32,831 nt of DNA, taken from contig JBBMKC010231620.1 of assembly GCA_037834085.1 (NCBI GenBank), positions 1 through 32,831 on the forward strand, in the 5' to 3' direction. The notes beneath the pieces are model-generated. The model did not search any database and was not told where the DNA came from. It saw nothing but the letters and a program-made list of their open reading frames with translations. Of this stretch, positions 12,201-23,500 are shown piece after piece (the first letter of the stretch is position 1; every line of letters begins with the position of its first letter). Source of the DNA: Bipalium vagum. Lineage: Eukaryota. The position numbers and the translations under genes are program-made.

Positions 12201-15200
12201 TATGGCATTTCATATCAAATTAAGAATAATGAAGAGCTATGTGAAAGCTCTAGACAATAACAAAGCAGCATTCAAGTACTTGAGAATGAAGTCTCCACAA
12301 ATCAGTGGTGCTAAAATAGCTGAAAGCATTTTTATAAGACCCCAAATAAGGAAAATGGTGTATGATTCAGATTTTGCAAGAAGCATGAAAATAAAATTAA
12401 GCGCTTGGAAAGCTTTTCAATTATTGTGTGACAACTTTCTTGGCTGAAAATTATAAACATTTGGTGGAAAATCTATTGGACACGTATAACACTCTTGGAT
12501 ACAGAATGTCCTTGAAAATGCATTTTTTGCACTCACATATATATCACTTTCCTCGTAATATGGGGATGTCAGCGACGAACATGATGAACGGTTTCACCAA
12601 GACATTTCTCATATGAAAAAACGGTACCAAGGAAAGTGGAATTCTTCAGTGATGACAGACTACTGTTGGAGTATTCGGCGTGAAACAGATGATGAAAATT
12701 ATAGGGCGATCAAAAAGGACTTCTTTTCTTTGAGTTTATATTAGTTATGTCTTTTATGCCTGTTTTTAGTTATGTTACTTATGATTTACAAATATACATT
12801 TGTGGTTATGGTCTCCATATTTTTTATTTTATTAAAATACAATAATTTAATTATCTCAAAATCTGAATGTGATATGAGAATTGCAATGATAAATTTGGAA
12901 CCAGATTGAGAAAATGTATAGGAAACCACTACGCTTTTTATTTCCCCAGAAAACAAGTTTAAAACTGTTATTTAGTGTTTTCAACAATTTTAACTATAAT
13001 AAAAAGTATAATAGAATATAATACATAAATAAATATAAGTATAAATAAAAATAAATAAACTTGTGATATTGGACTTTCAATTAATTCTGGTGAGGGATCA
13101 ATTTTACTTTCAGCTCTCACTTTGATTCTTCCCAAAGTCCGACTATTCCAGTAAACCACAATTTCAAAGAAATCTGGTTCCTTACATTCTATCCAGAAGG
13201 TCCAAATGGTTTTTGTAATTGTTGTCCAATGTTTTATCTGTTAAGAATTATTAATGAAGCTACAAAATATGAAACTATATTGTATATAAACATTTGTATT
13301 TTCATTACTGGACTCCACAAAAGCTGACATTCTCCCATTTCCGGCTAAAGAATAAGAAAAATCAATTTTTGTTTTTCTTCCTACTGAGATAAGGAGAATG
13401 TTGTCAAATATGTTTTGATGACTCACACATTGTATCTAAATAATAATAATAATTATTATTATTATGATAATAATAATTGTCAAAATGAGTAGTCATTCAA
13501 CCTAAAATAAATTAAAACAATAAAACTATCATTTTTATATATTTTTTAAAATATTAGGTTTATGCATTGAAAGTGAGTCGTTTTGAAAAATTTTTTTATT
13601 TAATAAATAAGATAAATATTAAGTAAACATAAGACGTAAAAGATAATTTATTCAAAATATTTTCCATCGTTAATAATAACTTTCTCCCATGTTTCAAGAA
13701 GCTGATGAATTCCTTGATAAAAGAAATCTGTATCTTTGGTGGCTATCCTATCAGTGATCCAGTTTACAGTTTCCTCGAAGGATTAGAAGCACTTCTCGGA
13801 AAGTGAGTGTGTCATCGACCGAAACAGATGGTAGCCAGAAGGGGCGCAGTCTGATGAATAAGCTGCGTGGGGTAGCACTTCCCATCGAAGCAATTCTAAA
13901 GTTTCCTGGATTCATTTGTTGACGTGTGACTGGGCGTCGTCATGGAGAAAAACTATTTTATACCGCATTTTCTCATATTCTGGCTCTTTCTTTGGCAATG
14001 TCTGGCTCAGATATATTAATTGCTCTCGATATAAAAGTATTAATTTTCTTAATTGAGAATATTTAATATTTTGAAATGACAATTGTTTAATCTTGAATGT
14101 TATTATAAAACAAAATATTCCTTTAAAAATATTTCTATTAACCATTTTAATGCCAGCTTAACCCATTTCATTCCAGAATTCAAGAGGGCGAAGAAATTTG
14201 ATTTACTTGGTGTATAATAGGTTGATTATGTATAATAGGACCTATTAAAACTATGTATAAGTTTCATAAAAATTAAAAAAAATTGAACTGAAATTTAGAA
14301 GAAAAGAATATGCAAAGTAAAATTCTATCAATGTACAATTAAAATATAATGTCTTTGCAGTGATTTTAATTAATTTATTTTTCGTAAAATCTTCAAATAA
14401 CGTATAAATTTCACTATAAAGGGACATCTCCAAATGGGGCTTATGGAATGAAATGGGTTAATAGTAAATAATTTTAATGTTTTCTGAAATTATTGTTTTT
14501 GTAAGATTAATAATAATGAAATCCTACCGATGTAGGATCTGTAGCCTCAATCTTGAAAGGACTTCCTTGAAGTGGTTTATCATTCCATAGAATATCAATT
14601 TCATATAAGCCAATCTCTTTCGGATAATATTCAACTTCATAACGTCCTTGAACAGATTCAGGTTTAATAAGACATTTGGCTAGAGATTTTGGACCTATCA
14701 CATCAACTGTTAATTTACCCTTTTCTCTTCTTGGATCGACAATAAACATAGCTCTTCTTCCAACTTCAGCTTCCACTAATCCTTCACCATATACAACTGG
14801 AGTGACATTGTCATGCATGCTATTTGTTTCGTTATTAATACTGAGTAACATAGATTTTGTAGATTCTTCATTAGAGGTTAAAGGAGCATCTAATTATAAA
14901 AAACTAAGTTAAATCAATAATATTCATACATTCATAACTCACTAAAATTCTGAACATTAAAAAAAAATAATTAATATATTAAGTCACTTACCTTTTAAGA
15001 ACCCCAATGAAGTGTTTTAAAATGTTAATATTAAACAATTTTTCAAAATTATTATATATATATTCGAACTATTTCGGCCAAAGCCATCAAAGTAGATCTG
15101 AGAATTAATGTTTCACCAGAAACCACCTGTTAGCTAGCTATTAGTCGCATTTTCAAGTGAGAAAACCTTTTGTCTCTGCTATTAATCAGTAAAGAAGTTT

Positions 15201-18200
15201 GGCATGGGCAAAAGAACATCTAAGTTGGAGTGTAGAAGATTGGGAAAAAGTATTATGGTCAGATGAGTCATCTTGCATGTTACGTTTTCAGTACTTGAAC
15301 TGTGTTTGGAGACTTCTAAATGAACGCTGTTCTGCTTCCTGTATGACAGGAAAGTAAAAAAAATGGTTTTGGAATGTTTTGCAGCACATGTTGGAAATCT
15401 TGGTAGAATTCACGGAATAATGGATAAAGAAAAATATCGTCAAATATGAATTAGGCAAATGATACCTTCATTAAAAAATTGTTCCCAGGTGATCATTGTT
15501 TGTTTAGGCATAACAATGATCCGAAGCACAAAGCGAAAAATATTTACAAAACAAAAATATTAAAAATTTAGACTGGTCATCTCAAAGTCAGGATTTAAAT
15601 CCTATTGAAAATTTATGGAAAAACAAGTGCCAGTTAAATATTCAACAGATGAAAATGGTTTATTTAAATTTTGTGCGTTCGATGGAAAAATTTAAACCAG
15701 AATTCCTCATGAATCTTGTCGAGAGCGTGCTTGGCAGATGCCAAGCCGTAATAGACAATGACGGCCTGCTAACGAAATATTAACTTTTTAATTATTAATG
15801 AATGTTTTAAGAAAAGTTATCTTAATTTAATAGTGATCGGAATTTTTGTGCGTATTTTAAATAAATACATACATAAATAACAGCTAAGCACAGACAGAAA
15901 TTGAATACTCTGTATAATCCTATAAAGCACCAAAATCTATGTACAATATTAAAAATAAAATATTATTTATTTTTATTAATCTTGTACAAGTGAACTCTAG
16001 GAAATATAAAAATATGAAATCTTAACATAATTTTTTATTAAAATTACGATATTTATAATAACATTTAAGGTTTGAATCACTAATCATATTTTCGAATTAA
16101 AAGATTAATAAATATAATTTATGGAAAAGGGGTAAATATTATTTAAATAAATTTAATGTGAATTAAAATTTACTTATTTTAATAAATTAATATATTCTAA
16201 ATAATAATATCATTATTAAAAAAATATGTCTAGAGTAGAGAAAAATAAATAGAAATAAAGAATTATTTGACTAGTACGATGGTGGTTTGAAAAATTTTGA
16301 AAGTGAAAAGAATAAAATAACATTGATTGTGCAAAAATCACATTATTTTTTCCACAAACTTTTTTATTTTCTTCAACATGTTTAGTCCAACACTTTACTA
16401 GAAATTGGATACCCTGGTGTAGTGACTTTTATCAAGGCTTGCAAAATAGTTATATACAGCATCATTTACTTCTTGATTGTCAAAAACCTTTTGGTCTAAA
16501 AAACATTCACCTCAAATTCCAGCATTAAATTTCACTTATAGATCATTGTGAAACAAAAAGATAAATATTTCTTCAAAAGTGGAATAAAAACATTACCATA
16601 AAGGTGATAAAAAATTATTGTACAAAATGGTGCTTGTACATGTTAATACAAATATATTTTTTAAAAAATCTATCTTTGATATTTATAATAAAAAATGCAC
16701 GAACTTCCGGACAGCCCAATAAAATCGAATTATATTTACAATGATCAAAAATTATTTTAATTAACCAGAAATGAACATAACACAGACTAATACTAAATAA
16801 CAGTAAATGAAGTGAATTCGCAGTTGTTTCCCTGACAAACGCTCTTTAAAAACCACTTAATCCGACTTAATCAAGTAATATTTTTAAAAAAATTAAAATT
16901 CACCTTGCGACATGACGTTTATTGATTCTATAATTTCTTCTACCGGATGCTGCAAGTCTTGTGAAAATTATATCAATATTTTTTTAGGAAATATTTTGTC
17001 AATTAAGTACTTTTATCTACTTCATCGTATCGATCAAAGTCAAACTCATTAATATCTGATACAAAACATTATCAGTGTGAAATCCACAAAATATTACCGT
17101 ACTTTTTTGTTTGAATTCTAAAGAGCCTGACACTTCGACTTCAAAAACACTGACTTCAAATAATGGAAATCCAAAGTGAAAAGTTATGATAATCATGAAA
17201 ACTTACTTTTTTCTTTATTATAACATCCTTCAATTAGATATTGACCAGCAAATGGTAGTTTTATAGAAAATATCACGTCTCCTTTTTTATCCCTCACAGA
17301 TTTTACAACTGGAACTGGAGAATAAATTCCCATATCTTCACTTCCTATTGCAGTCACATCAACATGACCGGACCCGGAATTCAAGCAGTTATCTAAACCT
17401 AGTTATCTAAAACAGTTAATTCATCATTTTTACAGGTTATGGTTATCGTTTGTCCAACAGTTGGCTTAATTCCCGAATCAAAGTCGGGATCAATGGAAAT
17501 AATCTTTACCATTTTCCCATCATAAGCATTAAATTCAAGAGGACATTTATCAAAAATAACATCTTGATAGTAAGCATATAGTGTATGTATGCCTATAATG
17601 GCAGGGGTAAAATCGCATCTTAGCTGTCCAATTTTATTATTCTTTTCTTCACCATAAAGCAACATATCAACTTTCGCCTTATCTGGACATTTGATCCATG
17701 CTTTGAGAAATTCTGAAGGTGCTCCGCCTAATTCAAATATAAATGATGCTTTTACTCCTAATGAGGTAAGAAATTTATCTGTGGTAAAAGAATGGATCAA
17801 CTTCCATCTAGTAGTATTAATAACATATACACGTGGTCTGGGACCTGATCAAAATCATTCTTGTGAGCAAGTTAATCTCAAAGGCAAACCTGTGGTTGAT
17901 TCATTATTAATTAGAAATTGAATTTCATAACAACCATATTGAGGAGGAGTGAAAAAGAATTGACATCCTTTCTCAGGAAGATTTTTTAAAGTACTTTTTA
18001 CCAAAACATTGGGGTTTATGGAATTATCAATTGCCGACAATAGATGAGCTTGTACAGAGACCTTAACAAGTCTGGTGTATTAATTCTAAATATTTATAAA
18101 GGACTAACATATTCAATAATTGCCTGATGCATTTTCATCTCCAGCAGTAATTCTACTGATTCTAATGACCAATATATGGGCTTCATATGAACTTTTTCTT

Positions 18201-20214
18201 GATTAAGGTCATATGCAAAACATTTTGAGGAAACCAGTAAAGTAGTCTGCTTTAGTTGTAAAATAATTTTAAGAAAGGAAATAAAATAAATAGAAAATAT
18301 ATAAAATAACAAATTTTTACATTCTTTACAGAGGAAATCTTTTTATATAATTCATCATTTATAAATATCAACATATTGTTACGGGTTTAATAACCAATCT
18401 TAACATTTTAATTAATACAGTTACTTTCATTCTTTTCCTCCAATAACTTTATTTCTATTTTACATTGGCAGTTAAATAAGTCAGTGAAAAGTAAAAGAAG
18501 AAATAATATATATTAATATAAAACAGCTTATTTTCATAATAAAATCTTGATATAGGTCCAAACAAATTATTTGACCAATCATTTAATGGTTTCCTAAACT
18601 AAAGTTTAATAAAATCCTCAAAATAATAACTTTATCAATCGAATTTCACTGATTTTTTTCTAATTTTCTAATTTCTAAAGCGGTTTTGCACACTTCGATT
18701 TGGTAATCATTAAGAATCTTTTCATTGAATTTTCAAATCATTTCCGAAGTTTTCACTGGATCCTTATAACGTTCTTGAAACACCTGTAGTTACATGAGCA
18801 CAGAACAACACTTTGGAGAACTTTTGACTAATTTCTATTGATGACGAATATTTATTAAGTTCTGATTATCCTTCCATAACCGTTTTATCTCTTGAAAGAA
18901 TCTTTCAGGATCATTTCAATTTATGTCTTTCTATTTTAACAAGTTGAATGACGGTTTCTGTAAAAAATTATATTTTTGTCTGAAATCCGAGAATTCATCT
19001 TTTGAACACCTTTAATACAATAAAATGTGGTTTAAATTTCCATAATTTTTCAGGGAAACATTGAACCAGATGTTATTTTCTTTATGTTTTTCTGTAAAAT
19101 GAAGTCTAAAGTTGGTTCCAAATATAACCATCAATTGAGTAATCAATAATAATAAAAATAATTTTATTAAATTATTGCAATAATAATATAATAATAACAG
19201 TCAAAAGGCTCAGAATAATTGGGGATTTCATTTTGTTTTTATTCACATTTCTCCGAAAATCAAAACTTACCACTGTTCTACAAAAAAATTGCTTTTGTTG
19301 ACATTTTTAAGAAAAACGTCTAACGTTACCGATTTTGTAATTAAATATTGATACGTTTTAATTAATTTACATTATTCTTCATAGTTGTACCGATCACAAG
19401 TTTATATCAAAATTTGTGGAATACAGAATAAACAAGAAAATTAATACTATGAATATATTTCTGAAAAGACCCAGCTGTTTTTGGAAAGAAATTTTCTAGT
19501 CTTAACATTTTTTGTAATGGTGAATTATTTATTATTTTAATGATAATTAATCTATCACCATAAAATTTTTCAGGCAATCCTTATCTTTTGGTGTTTGTTT
19601 ATTTCCTTCCCATTTGAAAAGTTCTTTTAACCGTCACACCAATATGGTCGTTTGAAATCGTTTTCAAACTTAACGAAATGTACTCGAAGTATATTTACTT
19701 ATTTTTTATAGAAGATTTTTGATAATTTTTTAAACAAAATGATATATATATTTATCAATTTATTTCACAATATTTTTAACTTTAGAAACGGAATTTTCAA
19801 GTATTGATCTCAAATAATGTATTTACAATAAAAATAAGAATTATTTATTACTGGAACCAGAACTTAAATGTCTCCGCTTCTGCAAGAGTGGAATTAAATG
19901 AAATTTAATTAAATAAAAATCTAAATGAAAGAGTTACAAAAATGATTACTGATAAAATTGTTATTTATGAGAAAAAATTCAATAACATTCACCGGTTTGC
20001 TTTTCAAAACATTAATTATATGTATTCCAATAGCTGATGTTATGAAACGAACTGTTGATATTGTCGAATGATCAGACTTTTCAATTTTCACTAACAATTC
20101 ATTGCCAGAAGGATCGATTGCTTGAAAGGAAATATTTCTGTAATTCTTCCTGTTAAGAAATTGGAATTCCACATGTGCACCAACATTGCAATAGTCTGGA
20201 CCCCTGAGCTCCAT
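6218..20214 (-). CDS. jbug: Filamin-family protein, jitterbug/FLN-2 type; ~9 Ig (filamin) repeats, ~950 aa, 15 exons
   Basis: Exons joined in frame with GT-AG introns: 20214-19993, 18249-~18105, ~18085/18071-17890, 17844-17434, 17392-17207, 17153-17103, 17055-17011, 16957-16904, 14889-14528, 13435-13292, 13237-13061, 7235-7037, 6993-6720, 6672-6419, 6369-6218 (TGA). The exon 2/3 junction is ambiguous. Repeated filamin motifs (VYGEGL, VFGPGL, G.Y.I.I.W....GSPF). The last repeat AGIGKLRVQVKGPKEAFRVEVQKNPKDTRLIKCSYNPTEKGEYTISINWNGCPIKGSPF resembles the jbug-type 'GPKGAFRVEM...YDPTEPGDY' C-terminus. Confidence 0.9.
7380..7780 (-). mobile_element. Highly decayed transposase fragment, possibly Merlin/IS1595-like
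   Basis: Broken motifs FGK, VWLGGSV, DRQK and a terminal 'LRSYVMHLDRIL'-like segment. Weak resemblance only. Confidence 0.25.
7955..10305 (-). mobile_element. Decayed, internally deleted Ty3/Gypsy LTR retrotransposon in a filamin intron
   Basis: Order gag zinc knuckles (SACGKIGHIS; YCGRSGHYRSDC), protease (FLLDTG at ~9725-9742), RT start (GIIKKCYSP), integrase (SYHHNTNGQIEKQF; ADILKEIEFSIN; PAGFVFG) and GPY/F module (FNVGEKVWVK...FEGP..VITKVHGRRYIL). Many stops and frameshifts; no LTRs seen. Confidence 0.9.
10321..10658 (+). mobile_element. 3' end of a Tc1-like transposon
   Basis: C-terminal 'VIKNHGGYFDE' motif, then a TIR-like end CCTGCTTAATACTTTTGATCGGTAGT followed by (A)TA. Confidence 0.6.
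11183..12977 (+). mobile_element. Chapaev3-type (CMC) DNA transposon with both ends, decayed transposase
   Basis: Motifs YFGCQIGDQDKS, MPFAVPMILREPQNHFNNCYLCL, CGDRKVIGLLLGLQGGFTK*CCFLC, FHIKLRIMKSYVKALD, IFIRPQIRK, AWKAF..DNFLG, MSLKMHFLHSH, VSDEHDERFHQDISHMKKRYQGKW..MTDYCW. Imperfect TIRs CATTGATCAACAGT / ACTGTTATTTAGTG (10/14), flanked by a 3-bp TTT on both sides. The family name is from recognition of this motif set. Confidence 0.75.
13553..14035 (-). mobile_element. mariner (DD34D) transposase C-terminal relic with right end
   Basis: YREQLIYL...KIVFLHDDAQSHV...LRWEVLPHAAYSSDCAPSGYHLFRSM...FFYQGIHQLLETWEKVIINDGKYFE*. Confidence 0.9.
14162..14457. mobile_element. piggyBac-type non-autonomous element (MITE), 296 bp
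   Basis: Perfect 14-bp TIRs CCCATTTCATTCCA (14162-14175) and TGGAATGAAATGGG (14444-14457), each flanked by TTAA (14158-14161; 14458-14461). Confidence 0.85.
15065..15852 (+). mobile_element. Decayed Tc1 (DD34E) transposon
   Basis: WAKEHLSWSVEDWEKVLWSDES, IHGIMDKEKY, HNNDPKH, LDWSSQSQDLNPIENLW, RCQAVIDNDGLLTKY*. Confidence 0.9.
16275..16721. mobile_element. Two opposed mariner 3' fragments
   Basis: TIR-like TACGATGGTGGTTTGAAAA at ~16275 precedes a minus-strand mariner C-terminus. A plus-strand KDKYFFKSGIKTLP..IVQNG segment ends in TIR-like GCACGAACTTCCGGACAGCCCAATA. Confidence 0.55.
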
Positions 20215-20333
20215 GGAATATATTGAAGTAAATATTGCCAATTAAAAAATATGAAAAATCAAGCAAGTAAATTTCTAAAATCCAACTGTTCCCGTTTCTG
20301 TGTGCTTTGTGAGACGGTTGAGGAATTCTATTT

Positions 20334-20393
20334 GTTCTCACAGGCAACGTACAATAAACTAGGTCACCGGTGAGCACCAGTTGCTGTGGAAAC
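20334..20393. promoter_or_regulatory. Putative bidirectional promoter with two RFX X-box-like motifs
   Basis: GTTCTC-ACA-GGCAAC (20334-20348) and GTTGCT-GT-GGAAAC (20380-20393), plus palindrome TCACCGGTGA (20364-20373). They sit in a locally GC-richer 335-bp gap between divergent ATGs at 20214 (-) and 20550 (+). Confidence 0.4.
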
Positions 20394-20549
20394 AAGCTAT
20401 ACATGTTATACATGTTCCTAATCATTAGACACATGGAAAAAAATATTCAATATTAAATTGATATTAATTCCATAAATTCGATATGAAAATGAAAATTAAT
20501 TCTCTTGTATTAAATCATGAAATAAGTTGAATTGACTTGGATTTCGGAT

Positions 20550-23500
20550 ATGACGGACGGGTCAATTGCAAATAATGCAAAAAATATTATGATTAATCTA
20601 AAAACTCTGTCAAAGAGCATTGGATTAGCTCAATCAAATATTTTTCGCTGTAAATCAACTTTAAAATCCATTGAAGATGAACTAGTCTATCTTACAGTTC
20701 ATAATAATAATACCAATACTAACAATAAGGATTCGAAAAAGCCGTCCGGTTATTATCGTGGTACTGACGTATGTCAGAACCAGTATAATATGGTGGAGAT
20801 TGAAGCGGAACCGGGGAAAAGTAACGATTATCCACAGAGCACTGTGTTGACAGATTATCCAAACAAAACCGTGAAATCTAAGAGTCTTTCGAAAAATATG
20901 GTACATTTGTATTTTTGAAAGAAAATCATAAAACCGGAAAAAGATTTGATAAATTGAATAAATTTATAAAAAAAATTACTGTTTAATATTAAAATAATTA
21001 ATAGCAATATTTCATCTAGAGTTCTCAAAATCATTTCTGCAATAAAACCCTTCCAAAAAACACAAATATCTCTAATGTCGGTGGTGAGTTGAATAATTTA
21101 ATGAGAGCTCAACAACGATTAACGTGTCAAATAGAACAGCTTAAATGTGAAATTGGAGAAAAGTCCAGCACCATGAACAGTTGCGTAAAGAACAAGTTTG
21201 TTATGTTATGAAATTGGTCACTTTTCTTAACACAATGTGACTTTAGCCAATTTTTCAATTGTAAATTGAAAGAGATTGATTGTGATATTAATCTTTTGAA
21301 AGTAGATATTGATAAAATCAAACGAGATCTAACGGTTACTTTTATCAAAAGTCGAGGCTATAGTCCGTACAGTCATGATTCGTGTGCCGATGATAATGGG
21401 ACTATTCCCATGTCTGTCAAACAGTCAGGTAATCGAGGACATCTCATAGAACATCATTATGGGTACCAGGATGTTTGCACTCCAGATAATTCTTTGATGT
21501 CATTCCCAAAACCTAAGCAGTCAAAAGCGGGTAGTTTAATGTTGAACATCAAAGATCCTAGAGGTTGTTCTGCAGTATAGACAACTTTTATTTTGCATTT
21601 TTTTCCTAATTATTACTTTCAGACCTTTGAAGACTTAATGAAAAAAAATAAAGTCGACATAGACTGTAACGTTAATAATTGTCGAAATAATCAAAATATT
21701 TGTGAAGTATTAGTAAGTAATTTATTATTTCTCGTGACTTAATTTAAAGAATTAGTTGATCATAAAATGTAAATGTCTTAAAGTTGCTTGAACCTTTTAC
21801 TGTGAACCTTCCCGAAAATTTTATAGAATTTTTTTTCAAATCTATCGGTTTTTATTTTCATATGAGAAAGAAAAACGTTTAAAACTGGCTAAAAGTTAAT
21901 ATTTTAAATACCACTATATAAGAATTTCTTAAATCTGTTATCTTACTATCATCATGAAAAAACCTCATCAAATGATATGTTTTACTTAGTCTACCAAATT
22001 TGTTAAGCTAAGAATATGCCAGAAATTAATAAATAATTTGTCATCCCTGGTTGTTTATAAGAAATTACTGATATTTGACGAATTTCGTCACAAACGAAAT
22101 TTAACTTATTAATTCATCAAAGACAATTGTTTATTTGTCTTTTCTTTTCAAAAAACTTTGGTATTAAAATAATGAATTTTTTGGTATCACAAAATTTATT
22201 CGAAGTTCAATAAATTGTACTAAATTGTTTGCTTCTAAAACATGATCAATATGAAACGCTGATTACAGCGGACTTCGGTTAATACGTTGTTGTTGGGATT
22301 CCAAAAAATCATCGTGATAAGCAACATATCGTGTCGACAGAAGTGACATGTATTACGTAATATGGAAATAAGAAATAAATGAAACAATCGATTTTCAAAC
22401 ATTTATTAATTTAAAGTCCGCAATATCTATATATTGGAGTTTATATTTATCACCGTAGTAACTCTAAATGTCACATAAGTTTATTGACTCGGCAGGAACT
22501 AAAAACTGGATAAAAACAGATACCAAATCTAACAGATTTTCCCGATCTAGTTCCTTCGGATTTTTATTTACTTCGCCCAGTACAAAATTCTTTAGATGAA
22601 AGACTGTTTAATTCAAATGAAGGTATTCATACTCATTTGATCCAAGGACAAGAAGTTTCACGAAAATGCAGTCTTAGAAATACCTTGTAGATGACAGCTA
22701 TCGATCAAAATGAGCTATACATTGCTAATTGAAAATTTTTTTTATAAATAAAATATCTGATTTTTATCTAAAAAATACTTTTTAGATTTATATTGAAATC
22801 TAAATATCTTTCATTAAATTCAATCGATTGAAATTTCTATTTATATAATATTAAAATAAGTCTAGGTTTTGTTTTTTATATTTTAAAATATAGATTTAGC
22901 AAATGCCGCTTCATTTGAAGTTAAGAATCAAAATTGTACTTTTAATGGCCAAAATCCAACTCAATTAATTAAATACCGAATTTGGGAAAACCTCACCAAG
23001 TGAAAGTGCTATAAGAGACTTTTCATCGTTTTTCTGAAATTGGTTCAGTCAAAGATCTTGAACGTTCTGGAAGACCAAGGCTGATCACTGAAAATGAAGT
23101 TCAGAGAATGAGTGAAGTCATTGAAAGTGACCCACGATGCAGTGTTCGATCTGTTGCAACCACCTGCTCCATTTCGCGAACAACAACCCATCGAATTATG
23201 AGATAACAGTTATCATTGAAACTCTTTAAGGTCTATTTCACACAGGAATTACATGAACAGGATTTGCAAGACAGAGTTGAGATGTGCAAAACCCCGGTCC
23301 CAATGTTAGAAAATGTGGATATTCAGGAAAATATTTTTCTTTTCAGATAAAGCAACGTTTTACCTAAAAAGATAAGTAAATAAACATAACGTCAGATATT
23401 GGTCTGAAAGTAATCCACATTTTACTTTTGAAACTGCTAGAAAATCTCAGAAGGTAAATGTTTGGTGTGCTTTGTCAAAAAATAAAATTATCGGTCCGTA

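Noticed and set aside
17154-17207. Possible non-canonical AG-AC intron in filamin giving KFGFPLFEV
   Set aside because: A canonical 53-nt GT-AG intron (17206-17154) gives an in-frame, filamin-like YNKEKISVFEVEV.
17845-17889. In-frame TGA codons suggesting stop-codon reassignment or readthrough
   Set aside because: They lie in a 45-nt GT-AG intron. Other in-frame stops occur in introns or decayed TEs, so the standard code suffices.
18377-19280. Possible gag/LTR remnant in the first filamin intron
   Set aside because: It looks like decayed coding sequence, but I found no diagnostic motif or paired LTR.
20399-20418. Tandem ATACATGTT resembling a p53 response element
   Set aside because: The half-sites overlap and mismatch RRRCWWGYYY; it is more simply a 9-bp tandem duplication.
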